A stretch of 27,123 nt of DNA from a virus (taxonomy: Duplodnaviria > Caudoviricetes). The first letter of the stretch is position 1; the number at the start of each line of letters is the position of its first letter. Of the stretch, positions 16,546-26,031 are shown piece by piece. The notes under the pieces were generated by a model that was not told where the DNA came from, searched no databases, and saw only the letters and a list, made by a program, of their open reading frames with translations. A program made the translations under genes and the position numbers. The stretch covers positions 1 to 27,123 of IMG/VR virus record IMGVR_UViG_3300008255_000402; one strand, written 5' to 3'.

Positions 16546-17499
16546 ATGAGCGTGCCCGATATTTCCATCCTGCTGGCCAAGGTTGAAACCACGCCCGGCA
16601 CCTATGCAGCACCCGTGGTCGGCGCCGACGCAGTGACCGTGTTCAACTATGAGATCACGCCGGTTGAGGGCGAGAATTTCCGCCGCTCGATCGACCTGCC
16701 CTTTGCTGGCGCGCGGCCTTCGCAGCGCACCGCCGTGCGCGCCCGCCATGCCTTTTCGGTGGAACTTTCAGGCGGCGGCACAGCCACCGGCGTGCCGGTG
16801 TGGGCCAAGCTGCTGCGCGCCAGCCTGTTTGGAGCGCCAGTGGTGGGCGCCGACAGCGTGTCCATTCCACTGATCAACACTGGCGACGGCGACGCGCTGT
16901 CGATCTCGGGCTGGAAGGCCAATGCCCGGCACCGCGCCGCGATGGTGCGCGGCAACGCCGTGCTGGAATTTGTTGAAAAGGCACTGCCCAGCCTGCGGCT
17001 CGATCTGCTGGGCCTGATCGAGGGCGCCGCCCCGGCTGATGCCAACACCGCCGGCACGCCGACCTACGACGCCTATCCAGCGCCGGTTGAGGTGAACGCC
17101 AGCAACACCGCAATCCTGCTCGATGGCTTTGAGCTGGGCTGCCGCAGCTTCACCCTGGACATGGGCATGAAGACCGAGTTTTATTCGACCACCGGCGGCC
17201 GGGCGATCATCTTTGGCAAGGCCGAGGACGGCGATCGCCGCTCGCCCGGCGGCACGATCGTGGCCGAGCTGCCCGACCCGAGCGTGAAGGAATATTTCAC
17301 CGCCCTGCTGGCCAACACGCCGCTGGCTTTCAGCCTGGTGCACGGGCTCACGGCGGGCAACATCATCGAGATCGAGAGCGCCAAGCTGGTGCTGGAAGAC
17401 ATCAGCTACACGGTGGAGGCCAACCGATTGTTCATGAACGCCACCTTCAAGTTTGTGGCAGACGCGGCCAACAACGACTTCACGCTGGTCACGAAGTGA
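16546..17499 (+). CDS. Tail tube (major tail) protein
   Basis: AAGGAG RBS; LLAKVETTPGT, FSVELSGGG, LVHGLTAGNIIEI patterns; precedes chaperone and tape measure. Confidence 0.85.
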   Translation: MSVPDISILLAKVETTPGTYAAPVVGADAVTVFNYEITPVEGENFRRSIDLPFAGARPSQRTAVRARHAFSVELSGGGTATGVPVWAKLLRASLFGAPVVGADSVSIPLINTGDGDALSISGWKANARHRAAMVRGNAVLEFVEKALPSLRLDLLGLIEGAAPADANTAGTPTYDAYPAPVEVNASNTAILLDGFELGCRSFTLDMGMKTEFYSTTGGRAIIFGKAEDGDRRSPGGTIVAELPDPSVKEYFTALLANTPLAFSLVHGLTAGNIIEIESAKLVLEDISYTVEANRLFMNATFKFVADAANNDFTLVTK

Positions 17500-17909
17500 T
17501 GAGCGGCTTTCAATTCACCAAGAATGCCACTGTGTGGTGGCCGGTGCGCTGGCTGGAGCCGGTGGACGGCGGCGGCACGCGCGAGGTCGAGATCGAGCTT
17601 CGGTTCAAGCGGCTGACCAGCGAGGCGGCCGAGGCAGCGCTCAAGCTGCCGAACGCTGCATTTCTGGCCGAAGTGGCCACCGGCTGGCGCGGGATCAGCG
17701 ACGAGGCCGGCGAGCCGGTGCCGTTCACGCCCGAGTGGCAGGCGCGCTGGCTGGCCATTCCGGCGGTGCCCGCAGCGCTGGGGCGGGACTGGATGGCCTG
17801 TGTGCGTGCCGAGCCGGAGACGCGCCTGGGAAACTCCGCCGGTTCGGCCTCTGGTGGGCCGGCGGCGGCCGAACCGACAGCCGCGCCGCCGGCTACGGCG
17901 AAGGCTTGA
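17499..17909 (+). CDS. Tail assembly chaperone (lambda gpG analogue)
   Basis: WWPV, VATGWRGISDEAGEPVPFT motifs; ends in RLGNS over a slippery heptamer. Confidence 0.85.
   Translation: MSGFQFTKNATVWWPVRWLEPVDGGGTREVEIELRFKRLTSEAAEAALKLPNAAFLAEVATGWRGISDEAGEPVPFTPEWQARWLAIPAVPAALGRDWMACVRAEPETRLGNSAGSASGGPAAAEPTAAPPATAKA
17828..17834 (+). promoter_or_regulatory. Programmed -1 frameshift site G GGA AAC
   Basis: X XXY YYZ heptamer in the chaperone frame; the -1 frame is open to 18262. Confidence 0.85.
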
Positions 17910-18262
17910 GGCGGGCCTACGCCCAGGCAGGGATGGCGGCGGCCGATATCGAGGCGCTGCTCGCCACCCAGCTGGCCAAACGGCCTGCGGCAGATGTTGT
18001 CGAGCTGCAGGAAGATGATGAGGGGCGGGCGGCGAGCCTGTTTTTGGGAATGCAGACGCAGTGGCATTTTGCCAGCGCCGGGCTGATCGGCGGCAGTGGC
18101 GGCGGAGCGATCCGCGCCGGCCTGCGCTACGAGGCGCTGCCGGTGGTGGCGGGCGCGCACGGCGTGCAGCTGGACAGCCGGGTGCTGGCCGATCTGGCCG
18201 AGATTGAAAGTGCGGTGCTGCGCGCCGATGCGGATGCTCGCAGCGGGGGGGCCCGCAAATGA
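17834..18262 (+). CDS. Frameshift extension of the tail chaperone (gpT analogue, DUF1799-like)
   Basis: LFLGMQTQW...GLRYEAL...LAEIESAVL; stop overlaps the tape measure start. Confidence 0.8.
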   Translation, partial: LRRFGLWWAGGGRTDSRAAGYGEGLRRAYAQAGMAAADIEALLATQLAKRPAADVVELQEDDEGRAASLFLGMQTQWHFASAGLIGGSGGGAIRAGLRYEALPVVAGAHGVQLDSRVLADLAEIESAVLRADADARSGGARK

Positions 18263-21200
18263 CCGCTGAATACAGGCTTCAGGGCAAGGTTTCGGTTGAT
18301 GGCGGTGCGGCCGCCGCCCAGCTGAAATCGCTGGCCACAGATGTGGTGCGCGCCAAGGACAAGGTGAAAGAGACCGGGGCGGCGGCGCGGGAGGCCGCGG
18401 CGGGGCTGCGGGCGCTGGAGCTGGCAGGGCAAGGGGCGAGCACCGAAGCGGCACAGCTGCGGGAGACCTATCAACGGCTGGCGGCGGCCGAGGTCATTCT
18501 TGGGCAGGAGGCGGCGCAGGCAGCAGCACAGATGCGCGGGCTGGCTTCGGCCAGCGCCAGTGCCGCGCCCTCGCTTGGCCAAATCCGATCGTCAACCGCG
18601 AACCTTGGCCAGCAGTTTGGCGATATTGCGCAGGGCGTGGCGGCGGGCATCTCGCCGGTGCAGATTTTTGGCCAGCAGGCCGGGCAGGTGGCGTTTGCCG
18701 TGTCGGGACTGGGCGGCACTTTGGGGTCGGTTGGCGCGTTTCTAAGCGGGCCTTGGGGGGCCATTTTGCTGGGCGCCACGGTGGTGGCGGCGTCGCTGGG
18801 ATCGGCGCTGCTGGAAAGCGGCAACGCGGCGGAAGAGGCGGCAAAGAAGAAGGAGGATCAGCGCAGCGTTACGGAGCGGCTGGCCGAGGCGATGAAGACC
18901 CTTGATGCCGCGACCGGATTTTCCAATCGGAGCGCGCGCGAGGCGAGCGAGGTTGCCGAAGCGTCGGCCGCAGCGCTGCGTGAAGAGGAAGCGGCGGCCA
19001 ATGCGGCGGCGCGGGCGCTGCTGAACCGGGCACGCGCGGCCTTGCAGGATGAGCGGCAGGCCTCTGTTGGCACGCGCAATAGCAACTTCGGGCTGAACAC
19101 GGTGAACGACAACCGGGCAGCCGAGCTGGACCGGCAGGAAGCCGGCCTTGATGCCATCGACAAGCGCATCGCCGCCGAGGCGCGGGCCAGCGCCAGCTCG
19201 GCCGCCTATGGCCGGGCCACACGCGCCGCCGAAGCCGCGACGAGCGCTGCTGCCGCCGCAGACCAGAGACTGGCGCAGACCAAGCGCGAGATCAGGGACG
19301 CGCTTGACGCCGGCCGGATTTCGGAGGCGCAGGCGACGGCGCAAATTGGCGCTGCCATCCGCGCGCGAGACGCGCAGGCGCGGTCTACCAAAGATGTGGA
19401 GCGCGCCACCAAAGCCACGTCGCAGGCTGTGCAGGCGCTGGCCAAGGAAAATCGCGCCCTGATTGACCAGTTTGCCCCGGCCACTGCGGCGGCGCTGAAA
19501 TATGCCGATGCGCTGGCCGAGATTGAAAAGGCCAAGGCGCGCGGGCTGATTTCGGCAGACGAGGCGGACGCGGCGCGCCGGGGCGCCTTTTCCGACCGGA
19601 TTGGCTCGTCTGTCGCCGATACTGCAAGGGGGCGTGCAGCGCTCCGGGGCCGCTTAAGCAGCAGTGGCCAGGACATCATCGACGGCCGCGATGTCGAGGG
19701 GCTTTCCAGTGAAAAGGGCAGCCTGTTCAAGTTCGACCTCGAAAATGAGCTCAAGCGCGCCGGCCTGGCCACCGGCGAGAAGGTTGGCGAGGGGTTTTCA
19801 CGTCGCGCGCTGACTGAGGCTGTGGCGATCGGCCAGCTGATCGGCGGGCAGCTGGGCGGCATTGTTTCGACGATTGGCGGGCTGATCCAGGGCGCGCAAA
19901 CGGGCAATTTTACCGGCGTGGGCGGGCGAATTGGTGGGGCGTTGACCCTGCTTTCGGCAGGCGGTCGGGGGCTGTCGGCATCGGGTGATCCGCTGAAGGG
20001 CACCTTTGGCATCAGCGACGAGAGCGGCTTTGGTGCTGGCTTCCGCGAGGTGTTCACCAAGCCGCTGGAGAGCCTGACAACGAAGCTGGGCAGCGCCTTT
20101 GGCCGCAACAGCGATTTTGCCAAGAGCATCGGCAAGGCAGCGGGCGGGGCGGCCCTCGGCTCGGCGGTGGGCGAGCTGGGCGGCGCGCTGGGGCTGAACG
20201 TGTCGAAAACCGGCTCGACGGTCGGCGGGGCTGTCGGGGGGGTTGCAGGAAGTATTTTCGGGCCGGCCGGCGGGGCTATCGGCAGTGTTCTGGGCGGGCT
20301 GGCTGGCGGGCTGATCGGCGGGCTGTTCAACAACAAGTCCGGCTCGACGACGGTGAGCTCGAGCGGCGACGGGCGGATTGGCCAGAGCGGCAGCGGCAAT
20401 GCCTCGATCCAGCGCGCCACGGCTGGCCTTGGCACGACGATTTCGGACACAGTGCAGGGCATCGCCGACGCGCTGGGCGCCGAGGTGGGGGCCTTTTCGG
20501 TGTCGATCGGCAAGTTCCGCGACAATTTCCGGGTGGACCGCACCGGCACCGGCAAGATCCGCGGCAGCACAGTGACCGGCACCAAGGACGAGCGCGAGGC
20601 GCTGAGCCTGGCGGTGGCCGACGCGATCCGCGACGGCGCTATTGTGACCAGTCCGCGCGTGCAGTCGGCGCTCAACAAATACGCCGACAACGTCAACAAG
20701 GCGGTGGCCGAGGCGCTGAAAGTGAAGGGGCTGGAGGACCTGCTGGCCAACCGCGACAACCCGTTTACCACCACCTTCCGCGACCTTGAGCTGACACTGC
20801 GCGACCGGGTGCGGGTGGCGCGGGACTTTGGCTTTGATGTGCTCGAGATCGAGAAGATCAACGCCGAGGACCGCAAGCGGCTGCTGGAAGAAACGCTGGC
20901 GCAGACCACCGGCAGCATCAAGGCGCTGCTCGCCGACCTGACGATCGGCAGCCGGGCCACCGGCTCGATCGGCGAGCGGCTGGCCGGGCTTTCGGCCGAG
21001 CGCGACCGGGTGGCCGGGCTGGCGCGCGGCGGCGACACCAGCCAGCTGGACGTGCTGGCAGCGCTGGTTTCGCAGATCGACGATTTGCAGCGCGAGGCCT
21101 TTGGCGCAACGGCACCGGCGGCGCAGGGGCGCGACGAGAGCGTGGCGCTGTTGAACGAGCTGGTGGCCAGCACCGAAGCACGCATCCGCGAGGCGGCCGA

Positions 21201-21378
21201 GGCGGCGCGCGGCGACACGGCTGCCACCAACGATCTGCTGCGCGAGGCCAATTTCAGCCTTGACGATCTCGTGAACGGGGTGAGCCTGACCAACGCGCAG
21301 CTGCAGCGGCTGATCGAGGCGGGCGGGCTGACCGGGCCGTTTGGCGGCTACGGCCTCAACTTCGAGTTTGCCCGCTGA
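18259..21378 (+). CDS. Tail tape measure protein
   Basis: 1039 aa, Ala-rich helical with Gly-rich block; QQFGDIA...QIFGQQAGQV motif; follows the chaperone pair. Confidence 0.92.
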   Translation: MTAEYRLQGKVSVDGGAAAAQLKSLATDVVRAKDKVKETGAAAREAAAGLRALELAGQGASTEAAQLRETYQRLAAAEVILGQEAAQAAAQMRGLASASASAAPSLGQIRSSTANLGQQFGDIAQGVAAGISPVQIFGQQAGQVAFAVSGLGGTLGSVGAFLSGPWGAILLGATVVAASLGSALLESGNAAEEAAKKKEDQRSVTERLAEAMKTLDAATGFSNRSAREASEVAEASAAALREEEAAANAAARALLNRARAALQDERQASVGTRNSNFGLNTVNDNRAAELDRQEAGLDAIDKRIAAEARASASSAAYGRATRAAEAATSAAAAADQRLAQTKREIRDALDAGRISEAQATAQIGAAIRARDAQARSTKDVERATKATSQAVQALAKENRALIDQFAPATAAALKYADALAEIEKAKARGLISADEADAARRGAFSDRIGSSVADTARGRAALRGRLSSSGQDIIDGRDVEGLSSEKGSLFKFDLENELKRAGLATGEKVGEGFSRRALTEAVAIGQLIGGQLGGIVSTIGGLIQGAQTGNFTGVGGRIGGALTLLSAGGRGLSASGDPLKGTFGISDESGFGAGFREVFTKPLESLTTKLGSAFGRNSDFAKSIGKAAGGAALGSAVGELGGALGLNVSKTGSTVGGAVGGVAGSIFGPAGGAIGSVLGGLAGGLIGGLFNNKSGSTTVSSSGDGRIGQSGSGNASIQRATAGLGTTISDTVQGIADALGAEVGAFSVSIGKFRDNFRVDRTGTGKIRGSTVTGTKDEREALSLAVADAIRDGAIVTSPRVQSALNKYADNVNKAVAEALKVKGLEDLLANRDNPFTTTFRDLELTLRDRVRVARDFGFDVLEIEKINAEDRKRLLEETLAQTTGSIKALLADLTIGSRATGSIGERLAGLSAERDRVAGLARGGDTSQLDVLAALVSQIDDLQREAFGATAPAAQGRDESVALLNELVASTEARIREAAEAARGDTAATNDLLREANFSLDDLVNGVSLTNAQLQRLIEAGGLTGPFGGYGLNFEFAR

Positions 21379-23810
21379 TGAGCCGCACGCTGCTCATCGA
21401 GTGCAGCCCGCGCCGCGCCTCGGACGGGGCGGTGCAGACGCTGCGGCTGGTTTATAATGCCCGCCAGCGCGGCGATTTTCTGGGGGCGCAGTGGCACCCG
21501 GTGGTTTTGCAGCCGCCGGTGTTCGACGTGTCTTTGGGTTTTGACGGCGAGGCTTTTGGCGCGCGGCCCACCCCGCAGGTGGGTGAGCTGGCTTTTGCGC
21601 TGGCTGGCGGGGCCGCGGGGGCTGCGGCGCTGGTGTGGAAAGGGGCGGCCGTGACGGTGCGCCAGGCGCTGTGGCCGGCGGGCGCTGCCGATGCTGCCGA
21701 CGGCGACTTTACGACCGTTTGGACCGGCGAGGCGGAGGAGCTGGCGGCCAATGCAGGGGAGGCGCGGGTGCGGCTGCTCGATGCCGGCAAGGTGCTGCGC
21801 GAGCCGCTGATCAAGCTGAAATGGGGCAGCACCGGCGACGCGCTTCTGGACAGCGCTGACGCAAAAAAGGACCGCGCTGCCGATGATGTGGTGCCGATGG
21901 CCTGGGGCCAGTGCTTTTCGGTGCCGGGCACGCTGGTCGACCGGCTGAACAATATCTGGCTGTTTTCGGGGCGGCCGGCGAGCAGCGTGGCGGCCTTTTA
22001 TGATGGCGGCGCGGCGTTCACGCTGGGCACGGCCCGCGCCAGCCTCGCAGCACTTCAGGGCAATGTGCCGGCGCGGGGCGCTGTGGATTATTGCCTCGAT
22101 GCGGCCGGCAAGCTGCTCGCCCGGCCGTGGGACCAGCCGGTCTATCCCTTCACCGCTGATGCCACTTTTGGCGCCACGGCGGCCGCCGATATCGCCGCAG
22201 CGATGGTGGCGGCGCGCACCAGCCTGAGCTTCCGGGCCGGCGCTGTGGCGGCCTTCAACACTGCTCAGGGCGCTGCCTGCGGGATTTATGTGGCCGACGA
22301 GCGGACCATCGGGGCCGCACTCGACCAGCTGTTTTCGGGGCTGGGCGCGTGGTGGAAGCTGCGCGCCGACGGCACGATCGATCTGCGGCAGTGGGGCTTT
22401 GCCACCCCGGCGCTGACCGTGGCGGCGGCAAAGCGCGGTGCGCCGGAGCGGCTGCGCCTGCTGCCACCGACGGGCCGCCGCGCCATCGGCTTTGCGCGCA
22501 ACAACCGGGTGCACCAGGAGAGCGAGATCGCGCAGATTTTGCTGTCGGACCGGCTGTCCTACGCCGACGGCACGCCGATCGAGGATCTGCGCCCCGGTGA
22601 GGCGGGCGCGACGCTGGGCGACAATCTTCAGCTCAATTCGCGGCTAGAGACCGACCTCACCGGCTACAATCCGGCCGGCTTTTCGATGGCGCGGGTGCAG
22701 GGCATCAACGGCCCGCCGCAGCCGTGGGTGCTGCAAACCACGGCCGGCAGCAGCGGCGGTGGCGAGTTTCAGTTCCCGGAAAGCCCGGTGGCCGGCGGGC
22801 AGCCGGTTTCGACCAGCATCTGGGTGATGCGCACCGCAGCACTCACCACGTTTCAGCTCGCGGCCAACCAGTTCAACGCGCTGACGGGCGCCGGCATCGG
22901 CCCGGTGGGCGGCACGATTTCAATTGTGCCGAGTGCACCGAACGTCTGGCAAAAGTTCACTGTTCCCACCGCTTCGCTGCTCACTGAAGCCGGCTCGATG
23001 AAGTTGACCCTGCAAAACATGACCGGCAACGCCGGCACTGTGCAGGTGGCTTCTGGACGCATCGGCTACACGGTTGCTGGCGCCGACCCGACAGCGCAGC
23101 AGCCGATTGTCTCGCAGCTTGATCCGGCCAGCGGGCTGGCGCTGCCGGGCTTTCAGCCGGCGACAGGCGGCGTGTTCGACCGTTTGGCGGCGACCGGGCT
23201 GGCGCGCAACGGCGACGCGGTGAGCTTTCCCAGCGCCCTGCCATATCCGCCGCGCATCCAGCTGTTCTACGGCGGCGCGGCAGCCACGGCCGGCCAGAAC
23301 ATCGCGGTGCGCGCCGAGGCGATCAGCGCCAGCGGGTTCACGCTGCGCGCGGTGTCACAGTCGGTCACGGTGGGAGCGCTGTTCAATGATACCGGCGCCA
23401 CGGCTGGCGGCGGCGGTGAGCCCGATTTCATCATCAACCGCAGCAACGGCAGCGCGGTCTGGAACAACAATTTCGACTTTGGGTTCACGCTCGATCCCGG
23501 CCCGTCGCCGCCACCCTTTGCCAGCGGCGCCACGGTGGCTTTTTATGTGCGGCAAGGCGGCGCCTGGGTGGAGGCGGCGCGCAGCGTTGGCCTGATTGCC
23601 GAAGAGGCGCAGTTTTACTCGAAGTCGATCAGCGCCGGCGCGGTCGATTTCGGGGGCGGCTCGGAATTCGGTGTCAGCCTGATTTCGGCCGGCAGCCCGC
23701 CTGTCTCGCTGGCCTTCAACCGCGTGATCTACCGACTAGCCACGGTAACTGAAACCGACCTCACGCCGTCCGCCAGCGCCGAGCCGATTGCCTGGGCGGC
23801 CTATACATGA
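21378..23810 (+). CDS. Tail tip/hub protein with C-terminal receptor-binding-like (carbohydrate-binding) modules
   Basis: PMAWGQCFSVP..VD, FYDGG, GIYV hub-type motifs in the first ~390 aa; then NLQLNSRL...WQKFTV beta-sandwich-like module and a beta-rich end. Confidence 0.7.
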   Translation: MSRTLLIECSPRRASDGAVQTLRLVYNARQRGDFLGAQWHPVVLQPPVFDVSLGFDGEAFGARPTPQVGELAFALAGGAAGAAALVWKGAAVTVRQALWPAGAADAADGDFTTVWTGEAEELAANAGEARVRLLDAGKVLREPLIKLKWGSTGDALLDSADAKKDRAADDVVPMAWGQCFSVPGTLVDRLNNIWLFSGRPASSVAAFYDGGAAFTLGTARASLAALQGNVPARGAVDYCLDAAGKLLARPWDQPVYPFTADATFGATAAADIAAAMVAARTSLSFRAGAVAAFNTAQGAACGIYVADERTIGAALDQLFSGLGAWWKLRADGTIDLRQWGFATPALTVAAAKRGAPERLRLLPPTGRRAIGFARNNRVHQESEIAQILLSDRLSYADGTPIEDLRPGEAGATLGDNLQLNSRLETDLTGYNPAGFSMARVQGINGPPQPWVLQTTAGSSGGGEFQFPESPVAGGQPVSTSIWVMRTAALTTFQLAANQFNALTGAGIGPVGGTISIVPSAPNVWQKFTVPTASLLTEAGSMKLTLQNMTGNAGTVQVASGRIGYTVAGADPTAQQPIVSQLDPASGLALPGFQPATGGVFDRLAATGLARNGDAVSFPSALPYPPRIQLFYGGAAATAGQNIAVRAEAISASGFTLRAVSQSVTVGALFNDTGATAGGGGEPDFIINRSNGSAVWNNNFDFGFTLDPGPSPPPFASGATVAFYVRQGGAWVEAARSVGLIAEEAQFYSKSISAGAVDFGGGSEFGVSLISAGSPPVSLAFNRVIYRLATVTETDLTPSASAEPIAWAAYT

Positions 23811-24391
23811 GCGCGTTGGACGACCTTCCCAGCCGCCAGAACGGCCGCCTGACCGAGCTGCAATGCCCGGTGTGCGCGACATGGCGCGCGGCATTTCTGC
23901 TCACCCCCACGCCGCCGGAGCGAGTGGCCGAAGTCGGGGAAGCCGAATGGGTTTGCGATGTCGAGCGGTCCCGCTGGACCCGGCAGGCGGTGGCAGCGGC
24001 CGAGCTGGCGGCGGCCGAGGCGCTGCCGGCGGTGAAGGCCGCGCAGCGGGCGCTCATCAACGCGGCGCGAGACGCGGCGCGCGATGGCGGGGCGCTCACC
24101 AGCTTCGGCGTTTTCGACAGCAACCATGAAAGCCGGACGCTGATTGCGGGTGCCGTGGCTGTGGCGCGCGAATTGCTCGATGCGGACCTGCCGTTCACCG
24201 AGGACTGGACGCTGGCAGACAATAGCGTCGTGACGCTCAGCGGCGAACAGATGCGCCAAGCGGGCGTGGAGGTGGGGCTGCACGTCTCGGCCATCTTCGC
24301 CCGCGCCCGCGTGCTTCAACAGCGGATCGAGGCCGCCGAGACGGTCGAGGCGGTGCGGGCTGTGGTCTGGTCGCTGGAGGACGGGGCATGA
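23807..24391 (+). CDS. DUF4376-like tail fibre assembly/chaperone protein
   Basis: INAARDA...FDSNHESR..I...WTLADNSVVTLS...IEAAETVEAVRAVVW. Confidence 0.75.
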   Translation: MSALDDLPSRQNGRLTELQCPVCATWRAAFLLTPTPPERVAEVGEAEWVCDVERSRWTRQAVAAAELAAAEALPAVKAAQRALINAARDAARDGGALTSFGVFDSNHESRTLIAGAVAVARELLDADLPFTEDWTLADNSVVTLSGEQMRQAGVEVGLHVSAIFARARVLQQRIEAAETVEAVRAVVWSLEDGA

Positions 24392-24675
24392 GGCGGCTCT
24401 TCGCCTGGCTGGCGCTCATGGCCACCGCACTTTCGCAGCTGCTCAACGTGTTTGTGCGCGGGCCGCTGATGGTTTTTTTCAACGACGGCCCGCCCGATCC
24501 TGATGAAACGCTCTCTTCGGTGCTGGGCAGGCGGGCGGCTGATGGCCGGCGCTGGGCCGGCGTGGCGGCCTTTGTTGTGGACGTGATCTATCTGCCCGTT
24601 GAGGGCTGGCGGCTTGGCCATTGCGCCCGCGCCGCCGCAGCGTTTGCGGCCAGCCGGACGAGGCCGGGCGCATGA
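24388..24675 (+). CDS. Conserved small phage membrane-associated protein
   Basis: SQLLNV...PDETLSS...VDVIY...GHCARA pattern often seen beside tail fibre genes; ATGA overlaps. Confidence 0.65.
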   Translation: MRRLFAWLALMATALSQLLNVFVRGPLMVFFNDGPPDPDETLSSVLGRRAADGRRWAGVAAFVVDVIYLPVEGWRLGHCARAAAAFAASRTRPGA

Positions 24676-25055
24676 CCGCTGCAACCATCACTCGCGCCGA
24701 GTTTTTGAAAGCCGAGGAGCGCTCGGTGGCGGCGAGTGCGGCCGGCGTGCAGGCGGCGTGGGGCACGTTGGCGCGGGACACGGCGCAATCCTCCGCGCTG
24801 GCGCTGGAGGCCGCTGCCAGCGCCGAGGCCAGCCGCCAGCTGGGGCTGCTCGATGAGGTTCTGGCCGAGGACAGCGTGGTGATCGAGGGCGTGCACTTCG
24901 ACCTGGAGGGCGAGACGGTGCGGCTGAGCTACCTGCGCCCCGACGGCGGGCGCTATTTCGGCGCGGCGGCCGACGAGGTGGACCTGCTGGTGGTCAGCGC
25001 CAGGGTGGACCTGCGCGCCGGCACCACGCAGCTGCGCGGCTTTGTGCGGCCATGA
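24672..25055 (+). CDS. Tail protein resembling the C-terminal part of a tail hub
   Basis: RAEFLKAEER...AAASAEASRQLGLL...LEGETVRL...LVVSARVD; ATGA overlap. Confidence 0.6.
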   Translation: MTAATITRAEFLKAEERSVAASAAGVQAAWGTLARDTAQSSALALEAAASAEASRQLGLLDEVLAEDSVVIEGVHFDLEGETVRLSYLRPDGGRYFGAAADEVDLLVVSARVDLRAGTTQLRGFVRP

Positions 25056-25068
25056 GGGAGAGCGGTTC

Positions 25069-25890
25069 ATGAGTTTGGGCTTTATTTTGCGCCCCTATTC
25101 GCTGGCGGCCGCCACGCTTTCGGCCGGTGCCATAAACGGCATCGCCGGGGCTTTTCCAGTGTCGTCGCTGGCCGACCCGCAGCCCAAGGTGGTGGTGCGC
25201 TCCAACGCCGCTGGGGCAGCACCGCACCAGCTTTCGGTCACGGTGGACTTCGGCGCCGACGTGACGATCGACACGGTGGCGGCGATGTTCTGCAACGTCG
25301 GCTCGGGCTCGACCTGGACGGTTTATGCCACGCCTGCGGCCGTGGGCGCGCCGTCGGACACAGCGCCCTATCAGCTGGTGGGCACCGGCTTTGGCCAGGC
25401 GCCGGCTGTGCCCGGACGTCTGCGCCACGCGCTGTGGGCGGGCGTTGCCGTGTCCGCCCGCTGGCTGCGGGTTTACATCACCCAGCCCAACCTCACGCCC
25501 GCCTTCATCAGCCTGGGCCAGCTTCTCGTGGGCGCGCGCTGGGAGCCGGCAACGCTGTTCGGGAATTTCGAGCTGGGGGCGGCGCGCAGCATCGATGATC
25601 GGTCGGTGAAGCGCAGTCTGCCGGGCGGCGAAACCCACGCCGAGCGTGGCGCGCGGGTGCCAGGATTTTCGGCCGTCTGGTCCAACATCAGCCACGCCGA
25701 GATGCGCGTGCTGTGGGCGATCCTCGCCGATCTGGGCGAAAGCGCGCCGCTGTTGATCGTCGAGGACCCGACTGCGACGGCGGGCCAGAACGAGGCGATG
25801 CACTACGGCATGATCGAGCGCATCGAGACGATCGAGCGCACACAGGCGGACAAGAACCGCCTGGAGCTGAGCATCCGGGAGATGCTGTGA
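25069..25890 (+). CDS. Tail protein, distal-tail-like with N-terminal discoidin/CBM-like domain
   Basis: GAGGGAG RBS; FPVSSLADPQP..V.RS, VDFG, ARWLRVYI, DRSVKRSLPGG, final LSIREML. Confidence 0.65.
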   Translation: MSLGFILRPYSLAAATLSAGAINGIAGAFPVSSLADPQPKVVVRSNAAGAAPHQLSVTVDFGADVTIDTVAAMFCNVGSGSTWTVYATPAAVGAPSDTAPYQLVGTGFGQAPAVPGRLRHALWAGVAVSARWLRVYITQPNLTPAFISLGQLLVGARWEPATLFGNFELGAARSIDDRSVKRSLPGGETHAERGARVPGFSAVWSNISHAEMRVLWAILADLGESAPLLIVEDPTATAGQNEAMHYGMIERIETIERTQADKNRLELSIREML

Positions 25891-25894
25891 TTTT

Positions 25895-26008
25895 CCCCGC
25901 CCGAAAAGCGGGGGGACGGGGCGCGCCAACGCCCCGAACCGAGGGCTGGCACCCTCACCTTGGCTGTGCGCGCACGGCCTCAGTCCCCGCACCCGAGCTC
26001 GGGCGGGG
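25895..26008 (+). ncRNA. Candidate structured cis-regulatory leader of the methylase gene (five hairpins)
   Basis: Stems 25895-25913, 25917-25936, 25941-25956, 25962-25979, 25985-26008. Confidence 0.5.
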
Positions 26009-26031
26009 CAGATACTGGCAGGTAAACCATC

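Noticed and set aside
19206-21293. Long minus-strand ORFs (695 aa here; also 4419-5858, 5828-7156, 7920-9206, 1602-2918)
   Set aside because: Shadow frames of high-GC genes with clear plus-strand motifs; no RBS or domain evidence
23807-23890. Zinc finger in the DUF4376-like protein (CPVC)
   Set aside because: A single CxxC with no partner pair
25891-26031. Com zinc-finger translational activator gene
   Set aside because: No ORF with two CxxC motifs in this interval
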